Of a stretch of DNA of 64,000 nucleotides, positions 1 to 11,380 are shown one piece after another. The translations under genes were made by a program, and so were the position numbers. Position 1 is the stretch's first letter; every line of letters starts with the position of its first letter. Origin of the DNA: Octopus sinensis (Eukaryota); NCBI RefSeq assembly GCF_006345805.1, contig NC_042999.1, positions 159,650,001 to 159,714,000 on the forward strand, given 5' to 3'. The notes below the pieces were generated by a model. It did not search any database. It was given only the letters and a program-made list of their open reading frames with translations, and was not told the origin of the DNA.

Positions 1-1181
1 TCAAAAATAGAAAATGCTAAGATAATTTTATAGTGAATCTTTCAGTACCGGTTTCGGTCATTTTGAAACCTTTTCAACTGTAACGATTAAATAATTAAAT
101 TTAGAAATATTAGAAGAAAAGTTTTTTTAAAAGAATATTTCTATAGTAGTGTTCAGATATAAGTAGCATTCTGCCTTTCTCTGACTCCCTTGTTTGCACT
201 TGTGTGTTCGAGGTCGTTTTGAGTTCTTGGTAGGGTAGGTGAAGAATAAGGAGGCTGATGTGGAGAGGGGGTGGGGAAATCTGGGAATGCCTTGATGGTC
301 GTATTTTGAATGGTCAGTGGCTGACAGCAGTCGCAGTTCAATTCAGGAATTGTTTATGGAATTTGCGTAGGCTTTATACTGAAAGACATTAGTGACAAGG
401 TTAAGGGGTGGAAGGTGGAGAAGTAGAAGAAGAAGAAGAAGATGACGATGTTGATGATGATGATGATGAAGAAGAACAAGAAGAAGAAGAAGAAGAAGAA
501 GAAGAAGAAGAAGAAGAAGAAGAAGGAGAAGGAGAAGAAGATGGTGATGATGGTGGTGATGATGATGACGACGATGATGATGATAATGATGATGATGAAG
601 AAGAAGAGGAAGAAGAAGAAGAAAAAACAGAGAAGGGAGAATATGAATGGGTGAAAGTATAGCTGTGATGGGGCTGATTAGTAATGGATTCTATGGAGTG
701 TAATATTTGTGTGTGTATATATTTCTTTTATTCTAAAGTTGAGGTATATTAATTGTTTGTCGTAGACCCGTTAAGAAGTGGCTTGTATTTTGTAATAAAG
801 AGATTTTCTTTACTTATTCGTTGTCTCGAGGTTGTATCGTCCCTAAATTGGTAGAGGGGGAAAATCCTGAAGTTTGGTGTTTTTTTGTTGGCGCAAGTAT
901 CTATGTGTTGGCTAAAAGCTATTTTTCTGTTTTGGGGAATTTTTATCTGGGATCTGTGCAGGGCCATTCGTTTACGCAAACCATTTTTTGTTTGGCCTAT
1001 GTACTGCTCTTGACACCCGGAGCAGGTTAGTGAGTATATTAGGCTCTCCGAAGCACATGTGAAGTTGCTTTTCACTGTAAACCGTGGTCCCTGTTTGAAG
1101 GAGAACTCTGATCCCTCAATTAGATAGTCGCATATCCCGCAATTGGGTCTTCCACATTTTTTTAATGTCGGCTTCTGAGTT
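1..1181 (-). repeat. Inverted arm: reverse-complement copy of the endonuclease region and 3' end of the Penelope element
   Basis: Position 1 pairs with 4476 and 1181 with 3322; ORF 749-1198(-) reproduces the C-terminus of the 717-aa protein. Confidence 0.97.
40..83 (-). ncRNA. Mirror copy of the U3-A8 hammerhead in the inverted arm
   Basis: tttcagtaccggtttcggtcattttgaaaccttttcaactgtaa is the reverse complement of 4394-4437. Confidence 0.72.
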
Positions 1182-1600
1182 ACCAAAAGAGTTACCAACG
1201 AAATCTCCGCCCCATAAACCGGTTAAACAACCATGCACAACAAACCCACTCCACTTACAATGATTACCAACGAAGGCCTCCTAGAACACCACACCCGAAT
1301 ATGGGATATCGGGATGCTCTCCTCAATACTGCTCCAAGAACACACACCATAAATCACAACAGGAGACCCCACATCAACAAAGAACAACTATATAATAGCT
1401 ACCGTCCCAACCACCGCATTCATTTTTTAGACCCAATACGCAAACACAGAGACACAAGATAGCACCAAACAAGCAGGAGGAACCAAAAGTAATAAAAATT
1501 ATCAATCTAACTCACAAGGAACTAACAGCAAACCAAATAAACATACTTTCCAAAGGACTCAAGTTTACACCCACCCCACAACACCCCCAACTACAACGAA

Positions 1601-3754
1601 ATGAAAGAAGACATCGCAGAATTCTGCAGAAAATTAAGACTTACTGAGGAGCTATACGATAAATACAACGAGGACGAATCGTTAGCCAGAAATAGGAGTA
1701 ACTACACCCCCTCGAAAGGTAATAACAAAACACTTGATGATTTCTGTGACCACATATCTAATTACCCATATCAACATATGCACAAACAAAAACACAAACC
1801 AAACTTCAGCAAAAAAGAATGGGCTGAGTTGAACAAATTAAAACAAGATAAAACAATAACAATCAAAGAGGCCGATAAAGGGAGTGCTGTTGTCTTAATG
1901 GATACGACATTTTACATAACTTTGGTACTATCTATGCTGGAAGACACAACATACTATGAAAAGGCACAAAACTACAGTCAACAAAAAATAATGAGGGAAC
2001 TAAAATCCATATTAAACCCATACAAAGCAGGGCTCACCGACAAAGAATATGATTATATGACCAATTTCACACGTAAAACTAGCCAATTCTACAGTATACC
2101 TAAGATCCACAAAAGTGAAAAAATAAGCAACGCATGCAAGATAGCTACAGACAAAATAATTAAAGTCCCTAATCCTAAAGACCTCAAATTGAGACCCATA
2201 ATAGCAGGTCCCGCATGCGAAACCCACCGCCTCAGTAACTTTTTAGACACCCTGTTAAAACCACTCCTCAAACATGTCAAAAGCTATATAAGGGACGACT
2301 TAGATATGCTCAATCACCTACCGAATACTATAAACAAAAACACCATACTGGTATCCTTCGATGTAGTCAACCTCTACTCCAATATCCCCCACAACCTAGG
2401 ACTAGAGGCAATCCAATTCTGGCTAGAGAATCACGCCAACGAACTACCACACCGCATCAAAAAAGAATTTGTGATAGAAGGGGTTAAATTCATCCTGGAA
2501 AATAACTTCTTCGCCTTCAATGACAACTTCTACCGACAAAAATCGGGGACTGCGATGGGTACACGAATGGCCCCCTCCTTTGCCAACCTAGTCATAGGAT
2601 ACCTAGAGATCAGTCTGTATCGTAAGGTTCTAGAAAGATATGGCAGCCCTTTCTCCATCTACATAGAAAACAACTGGAAGAGATATCTAGATGACTGTTT
2701 CATCCTTTGGCATAAAAATATAGAAAAACTCATAGAATTCCAGGAAATTTTAAACGGACTGGACGTAAACATCCAATTCACGATGGAATATAGCCAGCAA
2801 CAACTCCCCTTCCTCGATATCCTCATTAAGAAAGCTAATAATATAATAGAAACAGACATATACTATAAGCCTACAGACTCTAAGCAATATCTTCCATTCA
2901 ATTCATGCCACCCCAGACACACCAGGATGAATATCCCCTTCATTCTAGCAAAAAGCATATGCACTATAGTCTCTAACGCAAACACCAGAGACACACGACT
3001 ACAAGAACTAAATGATACCCTTATCATCAGGAACTATCCACCTTCACTTATTGACAAGTGCATTCAACGTGCCCTTCAACTTAACATCAAGGAACTGAGA
3101 CATCCCAAATCAAAGAAAAACTTACAACCAAAAGCCTTACCATACATCTCCACACACAACCCTCTCAATAACGAAGCCTTCGGCACCATCCTCCACAACA
3201 TACCCCTCCTAAAAAAAGACCACAGAATGAACACAATCCTCCAAACACACACGATCATAAAAAGCAAAAGACAGCCTAGATCCATGAAAAATCTCCTAAC
3301 ACAAGCCCGAATTCACTCTTCAACACAGAAGCCGACAGTAAAAAAATGTGGAAGACACAATTGCGGGATATGCGAATATCTAATTAAGGGATCAGAGTTC
3401 TCCTTCAAACAGGGACAACGGTTTACAGTGAAAAGCAACTTCACATGTGTTTCGGAGAATCTAATATACTCACTAACCTGCTCCGGGTGTCAAGAGCAGT
3501 ACATAGGCCAAACAAAAAATGGTTTGCGTAAACGAATGGCCCTGCACAGATCCCAGATAAAAATTCCCCAAAACAGAAAAATAGCTTTTAGCCAACACAT
3601 AGATACTTGCGCCAACAAAAAAACACCAAACTTCAGGATTTTCCCCCTCTACCAATTTAGGGACGATACAACCTCGAGACAACGAATAAGTAAAGAAAAT
3701 CTCTTTATTACAAAATACAAGCCACTTCTTAACGGGTCTACGACAAACAATTAA
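1601..3754 (+). CDS. Penelope-like reverse transcriptase + GIY-YIG endonuclease (717 aa open; true start further upstream behind frameshifts)
   Basis: RT motifs LRPII, SFDVVNLYSNIP, QKSGTAMGTRMAPSFANL, RYLDD, LPFLD, YYKPTD; linker C-x4-CxxC (CGRHNCGIC); endonuclease LIYSLTCSGC..QYIGQT, R..LH, SQH, E. Conserved N-terminal INLTHKEL..LSKGLKFTPTP lies in another frame at 1501-1580. Confidence 0.95.
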   Translation: MKEDIAEFCRKLRLTEELYDKYNEDESLARNRSNYTPSKGNNKTLDDFCDHISNYPYQHMHKQKHKPNFSKKEWAELNKLKQDKTITIKEADKGSAVVLMDTTFYITLVLSMLEDTTYYEKAQNYSQQKIMRELKSILNPYKAGLTDKEYDYMTNFTRKTSQFYSIPKIHKSEKISNACKIATDKIIKVPNPKDLKLRPIIAGPACETHRLSNFLDTLLKPLLKHVKSYIRDDLDMLNHLPNTINKNTILVSFDVVNLYSNIPHNLGLEAIQFWLENHANELPHRIKKEFVIEGVKFILENNFFAFNDNFYRQKSGTAMGTRMAPSFANLVIGYLEISLYRKVLERYGSPFSIYIENNWKRYLDDCFILWHKNIEKLIEFQEILNGLDVNIQFTMEYSQQQLPFLDILIKKANNIIETDIYYKPTDSKQYLPFNSCHPRHTRMNIPFILAKSICTIVSNANTRDTRLQELNDTLIIRNYPPSLIDKCIQRALQLNIKELRHPKSKKNLQPKALPYISTHNPLNNEAFGTILHNIPLLKKDHRMNTILQTHTIIKSKRQPRSMKNLLTQARIHSSTQKPTVKKCGRHNCGICEYLIKGSEFSFKQGQRFTVKSNFTCVSENLIYSLTCSGCQEQYIGQTKNGLRKRMALHRSQIKIPQNRKIAFSQHIDTCANKKTPNFRIFPLYQFRDDTTSRQRISKENLFITKYKPLLNGSTTNN

Positions 3755-3874
3755 TATACCTCAACTTTAGAATAAAAGAAATATATACACACACAAATAT
3801 TACACTCCATAGAATCCATTACTAATCAGCCCCATCACAGCTATACTTTCACTCATTCATATTCTCCCTTCTCT

Positions 3875-4056
3875 GTTTTTCTTCTTCTTCTTCTCTTCTT
3901 CTTCTTCTTCTTCTTCATCATCATCATTATCATCATCATCGTCGTCATCATCATCACCACCATCATCACCATCATCTTCTCCTCCTTCTTCTTCTTCTTG
4001 TTCTTCTTCATCATCATCATCATCAACATCGTCATCTTCTTCTTCTTCTTCTACTT
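3875..4056. repeat. Compound (TTC)n/(TCA)n microsatellite in the Penelope 3' region (mirror at ~418-625)
   Basis: Direct inspection; tract lengths differ between the two arms. Confidence 0.9.
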
Positions 4057-4393
4057 CTCCACCTTCCACCCCTTAACCTTGTCACTAATGTCTTTCAGTA
4101 TAACGCCTACGCAAATTCCATAAACAATTCCTGAATTGAACTGCGACTGCTGTCAGCCACTGACCATTCAAAATACGACCATCAAGGCATTCCCAGATTT
4201 CCCCACCCCCTCTCCACATCAGCCTCCTTATTCTTCACCTACCCTACCAAGAACTCAAAACGACCTCGAACACACAAGTGCAAACAAGGGAGTCAGAGAA
4301 AGGCAGAATGCTACTTATATCTGAACACTACTATAGAAATATTCTTTTAAAAAAACTTTTCTTCTAATATTTCTAAATTTAATTATTTAATCG

Positions 4394-4437
4394 TTACAGT
4401 TGAAAAGGTTTCAAAATGACCGAAACCGGTACTGAAA
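4394..4437 (+). ncRNA. Minimal type I hammerhead ribozyme, U3-A8 core variant
   Basis: cag(4397-99)-UUGAAAA(4400-06)-stem II ggtt/gacc(4407-10/4418-21)-GAA-ACCGGU palindrome(4425-30)-A17(4431)-ctg(4432-34); stem I extends tt/aa after one mismatch. Confidence 0.75.
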
Positions 4438-4521
4438 GATTCACTATAAAATTATCTTAGCATTTTCTATTTTTGACTTGTTTTTTCATATATATCAACT
4501 CGTGTGTTCCTTTCCACCCTT

Positions 4522-4634
<113 letters not shown>

Positions 4635-4672
4635 ATGTATATGTATATATATATATATATGTGTGTATGTAT

Positions 4673-4975
4673 GAAGGCGCGATGGCCCAGTAGTTAGGGC
4701 AGCGGACTCGCGGTCGTAGGATCGCGGTTTCGATTCCCAGACCGGGCATTGTGAGTGTTTATTGAGCGAAAATACCTAAAGCTCCACGAGGCTCCGGCAG
4801 GGGATGGTGGCGATCCCTGCTGTACTCTTTCACCACTCTTTCTCTCACTCTTTTCCCTGTTGGCCTGCTCGCTTAGCCAGCGGAGTGGCGTCATTTGAAG
4901 GCTAAAACAATGCAAAGCGCATTGTGACCAGCGATGTGTAGCAACATCTGATAGTCTGGTCGGGCACGGTGCTCA
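4673..4975 (+). mobile_element. tRNA-derived SINE, family A, tail type ii
   Basis: A-box-like tggcccagtagt, B-box-like ggtttcgattcc; body shared with other family A copies; distinct 3' tail. Confidence 0.85.
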
Positions 4976-4977
4976 AG

Positions 4978-5040
<63 letters not shown>

Positions 5041-5137
5041 CAACTAGGCATCACCTTTTCTTCCCTAGAAATCAAATAGCATGTCCAATAATGGTTATTA
5101 TCTGCTAATTATGAGCTGCCAGAACTGTTAGCACACC

Positions 5138-5310
5138 GGCGAAGTGGTTAGTAGCATTTCGATTTCGTCCGTCTTTACGTTCTAGTTTCAAATTCCGCCG
5201 AGGTCGACTTTGCTTTTCATCCTTTCGGGGTCATAAAATAAGTACCAGTTGAACATTCGACTTACCCCGCCCTTGAAATTGCTGGCCTTGTGCTAAAATT
5301 TGAAGTTAAT
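5138..5310 (+). mobile_element. Nin/Deu-domain SINE, family B (older copy)
   Basis: gttcaaattccgccgaggtcgactttgcttttcatcctttcggggtc..aaaataagtaccag core. Confidence 0.75.
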
Positions 5311-5636
5311 ATTTCGTACGACTTTGAGCTCTGAGTTCTCGTATTGTTCCTCCTTGGCTAACATTTCATTTTATTTGATATTGTTAATAAGCCTTAAAAT
5401 ATCCAAGATAAAATAAAAATCTCCCTTCAAGCCAATATCATGAAATACAAGAGGGTTGAATTTAACCAGTTTAAAGTAGTTCTTTTCTTGAGCACATGTA
5501 CTAGATTGTGATTACAAAAAACCTGAAAGAAAATAATTTGGGATGAAACTCACTTTTCATTTCATCATGGAAACAATCAACATATTTTACTTAATATCTC
5601 TTTTTCATTTAAACAACTCGCATTTTTCGTCGATAA

Positions 5637-5845
5637 CACTGGATAATAAAAAAAAGAATTTGTAATTTATTTTAGTTTTTTCAACTGGTTTAGAACAATT
5701 TTGCACCGCTAAATCCGAAAATGACATCCCTTTCTCACGATCAGGTCAGGTTTCTATACTAAGTTGATTTTTTAAAAAATCCGATCTTCTGACTAAATTG
5801 ATTACATTTTTCTGACATTATCGGTTGATTTTTGTTAATGTGCGC

Positions 5846-5897
<52 letters not shown>

Positions 5898-8065
5898 TGC
5901 TTTGGATATTATTCATTAGATTGATTACATTTTTCTGACATTATCGGTTAATTTTTGTTAATATTTCTCATTCGAAATAGGTTTTTAAGATAAAAAGTTG
6001 CTTTCTAACACAATTTATTAATTAAATGTTACAAACTTCGATTACTTTAAATTGAATAGTAGACACTGATAAAATTAAATACATGTAAATTAAATGTTAT
6101 GTTATCATTGTTCAAAATTCGGGGCTTGAACTTGCGTTTATTCGAACCTCTAGAAAGCTGAATGGCAGAAATGTCTCTCTTCAGAGTCCAACAGTAATCT
6201 ACCACCATGACTGCATTTCAGCGTCCCTGATACATGGTCTCCATTTCTTTCATGTCCTGATGGAATCTCTCTCCCTGCTCGTCTCTCGTTGATCCCAGGT
6301 TCTCAGGAAACCGATCCATATGTGAGAATAAGTAATGCATTTTAATGCTCATGTGGCATTCGAGATTTCTGAAAGCACAGTCAGAATATTGGTGACAAGT
6401 TCTGCGTAGTTCCTCACCTTGTTGTTGCCAAGAAAGTTCTTCACGATCAAAAATAAATTCCACGATTCCAGTTCCACTTCGTTCATTGAGTTTTCAAACT
6501 CATGTTCTCTGATGAGCTGACGGATTTGAGGACCATCAAGATGCCAGTTTTCAATTTCTCAATAATCAATCCTGGAAAAGCCTGGCACAAGTAAGTGAAG
6601 TGGCCACCATCCTTGTCCAGAGCTTTGGTGAACGGCTTGATCATGCCGTGCTTGATGTGCTGTCGTGGAAAGAGTATTCTGTCTCTGTCCACCAAAAGGT
6701 TGTCTATGATGTTCTTAGCTTTACAAGGCACCAATTCCTCCCTCAAAAGACAGCCCTTCTTCTTGTAATACTGAGCAGTGTCCCTACTATCCGACATGCA
6801 AAGAAAGCATGGGTACTCGGTGAACCCAGACTGTTGTCCCAACAAAAATTCACCATCTTCAGGTCAACACAAATAAACCACTGATGCTGATCATAACCAA
6901 TTTTCTCCAGCACATACTTCACCCCTTCATACTTCTCCTTCAGTGTAGTCGAGCGATCGAAGGGTAAAGAGGTAAACTGGTTGCCGTTGTGCAGCAGAAC
7001 ATATTTCAGCGATCGCTTGCTGCTGTCAATGAATAGTCTCCAATCTTTGGGTTTGTACTGTGGCACTCCAAGCTTATGCAGAAGATGGGCAATACACCAA
7101 GTACAGTACACCAAGTTCATCTCTTCAGAGAAAAAAACGGATGTATTCTTGATGCCTGTTGCAGTAGAAGCTGATGCGAGCATTGTCAGAGAGGAGGTGT
7201 TTTTTTCCTTCAATCTGGATGCCAACAGTTCGGCAGAGAACTTTGACAATCCGAGATCGAGAACTAGATCATTTAGCTCCTCTCTTGGAAAAAGGATGTG
7301 GAGCATCATCGTCAAGAACTACTTCTTCTTCACCTTGAACACTGAAGGATTCTTCGTCACTAGTGTCAGGAAGTTCTCCGAAGACAAGTACTGGAATTTC
7401 ATCCCAGTGAGCTACTGGACGACGTGTTAATTGAAGATCAGAATACTTGGGGCTGCTCCTGTTCCTTCTGTTGATCCCAGTCACATCAACAATGCAGAAA
7501 TAGCAGTCAGTGCCATAGTTTGTCGGTTCCCTCCAAACCATCGGAATTCGAAACTTCAGACAACTCCTCTTGTCCTTGGTCCACTAACGCATATTCTCGG
7601 TGCATACTTTGCATAACATAGGTGGCGCCCAAGCTTCATCCTAGTCGCCAAGTTTAATACCAAAATAAGGATAGTAAGCACGTTTTATGAAACTGGATTC
7701 CTGTTAGGAACAATGGTGTATTCACCGGTGATGCAGCAGAATGCGTTGGGCTTACATTTTCAAGATCTTCTGGTCCAAGCCATTTCATTCACCTGTAAAA
7801 TAAAAATACTAATTAGTGATAGACAAGCGCATACAAACTCTTCTGAGTTCGTTTATTTCGAGAAATAAAAAAGAATTTTGCATCATATAAAGCAAAAAGA
7901 CCCGTACATGTAAACAAAAACGTAAAAAACAACATGTGGCCATAGTTCAAAATGCTGGCCTGATAGAGCAAAACTAATGTGATTTTTGGATTTAGCTCAT
8001 TAGAATTGACCTAAATCAGCTAAAAAAATTTAGACTATAATAAATTCCAAGATTGTCTGCTGGTA
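5637..8065 (-). mobile_element. Chapaev3 (CMC superfamily) DNA transposon, decayed transposase
   Basis: Frameshifted fragments: Chapa-type zinc finger (WAP..LC..C..MVWREP..DCYFC), WRLFIDSSKRSLKYVLLHNGN, ICVDLKMVN, QSGFTEYPCFLC, HIKHGMIKPF.KAL, RDEQGERFHQD..ME..YQGR; left terminus taa|CACTGG; imperfect ~100 bp subterminal inverted repeats. Confidence 0.85.
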
Positions 8066-8284
8066 CATTGCAAAAGATGGAATCAGGAAAATACTAACGA
8101 AATTATAGAAGTACAATATAATCCGATATTCAACGTTTTATTACCAACCTAAATTTATATTATCTCTTCCCCTTCTGAAGAAGTTAAATATAATGGAAAT
8201 ATCGTGTCCTCATTAATTGTATTCGTTGCAGATGAACGAGTGACTGAAAATGTAACAATCGACCAAACTACATTCAGTAATCTT

Positions 8285-8534
8285 TTCATCTTTTACTTGT
8301 TTCAGTCATTGGACTTCGACCATGGTGAGGCACCGCTTTGACCCCAGCACTTATTTTTTAAAGCCTGATACTTATTGTAGCAGTCATTTTTGCCGAACTG
8401 ATAAGTTAGTGCGGCGTAAACATCGGTTGTCAAGCGATGAAGGGACAGATACACACATACATATACACACACATATACACGCACGCGCACGCACGCACAC
8501 ACTCACATATACACATATGCATACACACACACAT

Positions 8535-8592
<58 letters not shown>

Positions 8593-8760
8593 TGGATGTA
8601 TACACACATATAAGCGACGAGCTTCTTTCCGTCGACCAAATCTACTTACAAGACTTTGGTCAGCCGGTATTATAGCAGAAGACACTTGCATAAAGAACCA
8701 AGCGGGGACACTGAACCCGATGCCATGTGATTGGAAAGGGAACTTTTAGCCATACTATTT
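8285..8760 (-). mobile_element. CORE-type tRNA SINE, family C (OR1/OR2-like)
   Basis: Tail tcttttacttgtttcagtcatt, internal CA/TA microsatellite, homologous to 30328-30735. Confidence 0.8.
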
Positions 8761-9870
8761 TCCCGATAAGACTCTTAGAATATCTAACACTATATAGCAT
8801 ATTTGACGAATAACTCATTGCCTAGCTGCAAAACCCTAGCAGTAATATGTTTAAAAACTTTAGAAGGATATTGTATCGGAAACTTAAGACAGAAACATTC
8901 AGTAAAAATTCATAATGGCAATTAAATTTTTTTTTATTTAAGCGGGGTGTTCTTCACTCTCAATAATAAACACTTAAAAATGCACATTCTTGGTCACAAG
9001 AATTGATGGAGTTAAAGGTCAAGATGATAAGGTAATCGATCTGCCAGAAGTAATTATTCTCAACTGCGTATTGAAAATAATTAATTCTTTGTAATATGTC
9101 CAATGTTTTGATAATTTTTGCAGACGTCAATGATTGTGATCAAATTTCTAAACTAGCGGGACAGGCTGAAGGATTTGCTCTAATAACGTAACTTTTATAA
9201 TGTTACTGATTCATGAATAATCTACAAATTATTCAATTGAAAGATTGCCAATTCACCAAAATATCAGAGATTGTCGACACGATGCGAGATAGCAACTATT
9301 ATAAAAATGTCTGTTGATACAAAATCCGACAATAATTGTTTACACTCGCTTCAATGGACGCCAAAAATTATTGATGGAAGTTTTTTGGTTGGTTTGTTTG
9401 CTTTCTTCTTGTCTCGAGATGGAGATGAAACTCAATACAGCTACAAGTATTAAGGAAGCAATTCAAAAATATCGAAAACGTTGGAAAGTATTGACACGAT
9501 ACATTCAAATACAAATAAAGAGAAATAGATATTTACTTGGATATAGACTTTCTACCGGATATATTTCTACTGGATATATTTATTTGGATATAGACTATCT
9601 ACTGGATATTAAAACACAAAGGCTATATAACAAGACAAAACTAATCAGATAAAAAGAAATCCCTTGACTTTATTGTTAGGTTAGTCCATGTTTGTTAATT
9701 ACTGTAAATGATTTGTTGTTAAAAACAAAGACAGTTAGAAGAAATATTTTTCAGAGATGACACAACAAATAGTTAACATATGTCTTTGGAAGATCTTGAA
9801 ATTTACTTTCCCATGATTGAAACGTACTGTTTTATCAATACAGTCGTAATCTAGTTGTATAATAATAATG

Positions 9871-9950
<80 letters not shown>

Positions 9951-9951
<1 letters not shown>

Positions 9952-10483
9952 CTCTCATGGCTTATGATCTTAACCGATTGGAAGTGTTATCATGTACGTT
10001 GTTTTGTCTTGGTATAAAAGATGGGCTACAGCAAATATTCTGCTCAATACCACAGATTTGCTTGTCAGTTGTTTGACCTTAACCAGTTGAGCATGTCCCT
10101 CAGTGGCTGATGATATATGCATCTCTGATCACGAGCAGAAGTAGTGGGGGAGCATCATAGCCATGTGTTGAGAGGGATTCTTGGAGTTTGGGATAATTCA
10201 CCTTTGGAAACATGGGTGGTTCGTTCATCATCCTTAAACAACCCTTATTCAGGGACCTTTTGAGCGGGATGGGCTACTCGACCAGAAGCAAATTCTAACT
10301 GCGCCCCCACCTGGAAGGTCATGCGCTGTTTATCTTGATATGAGATCTCAATGCCGCGCACATATGATTGTGATGAATGTGCCTGGTTTACCCTTATCAC
10401 TGGTAGTCATGATGGGTATGCTGGGCTTTGTATATTTTACCCCAGTGTCACTTTGATGGCATGCACTACTCTCTCACTCATTA
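9951..10483 (+). mobile_element. ~530 bp non-coding retroposon with (AAT)n tail (family D; second copy 43816-44300 on -)
   Basis: Two inverse-oriented copies in the window, both embedded in (AAT)n/(ATT)n; LINE partner not identifiable from sequence. Confidence 0.7.
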
Positions 10484-11031
10484 ATAATAACAATAATGAT
10501 AATAATAACAACAACAACAATAATAATAATAGTTACTATTACTATCGTTATTATTGTTTTGTTATTGCTATTGTTGTTATTATTATTATTAATTATGATA
10601 ATAAGAGTTGCAAGGATGCAAAGAAAACATGCGTTTATATATTTAATATATAAATTTAGCTGTTGTTAAATTTACAATGTGTCATCAATTTACATAAATA
10701 GATTGAGAATGAGGATTTCTAATCGATATTTATCGATTAAAACCTTCAGCATTTTTAGTTGTTGAAAGTTGTTTCAATTTAGAAAGGAATAATGTGGGAA
10801 GATAGGCAATGCAGACAACATTAGCCGGTATCCATGCCGTCTCTAGAGATCGGTTTTCAAAATGAAATATATACCAGTCTTCGCGTTAAATAACCTGCTA
10901 TTTGCCCTGTTACTAGAATGACCTGTGTGAAACAGCACATAACGCAAACTTGAACTTTGGTGCTCATTTCTCAAATAATTCAAACATGTCGTCATCTTCA
11001 TGCTAGGTAGATAGATAGATAGATAGATAGG

Positions 11032-11079
<48 letters not shown>

Positions 11080-11081
11080 CG

Positions 11082-11136
<55 letters not shown>

Positions 11137-11149
11137 GGATAGATAGACG

Positions 11150-11223
<74 letters not shown>

Positions 11224-11239
11224 GATAGATAGATAGACG

Positions 11240-11306
<67 letters not shown>

Positions 11307-11312
11307 TGATAA

Positions 11313-11377
<65 letters not shown>

Positions 11378-11380
<3 letters not shown>

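Noticed and set aside
408-662. 84-aa poly-Glu/Asp ORF (mirror at 3857-4069)
   Set aside because: It is a GAA/GAT microsatellite antisense to the Penelope 3' region, starts at GTG, and its length differs between the arms.
1042-1181. ADAR A-to-I editing signature in the arm mismatches
   Set aside because: Only two of nine changes are A>G in the element sense; transversions (A>C, A>T, G>T) make up five.
1601-3754. Selenoprotein-type (Naiad-like) recoding
   Set aside because: The ORF has no in-frame TGA and ends at TAA.
4673-4745. tRNA genes at SINE heads
   Set aside because: A/B boxes are present, but each continues into a SINE body and several have TSDs; no complete acceptor stem is evident.
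8960-9500. Apparent short exons/introns and an IS4-like YRKRW motif
   Set aside because: Splice phases do not join into an open frame, and the motif is too short to support a transposase call.
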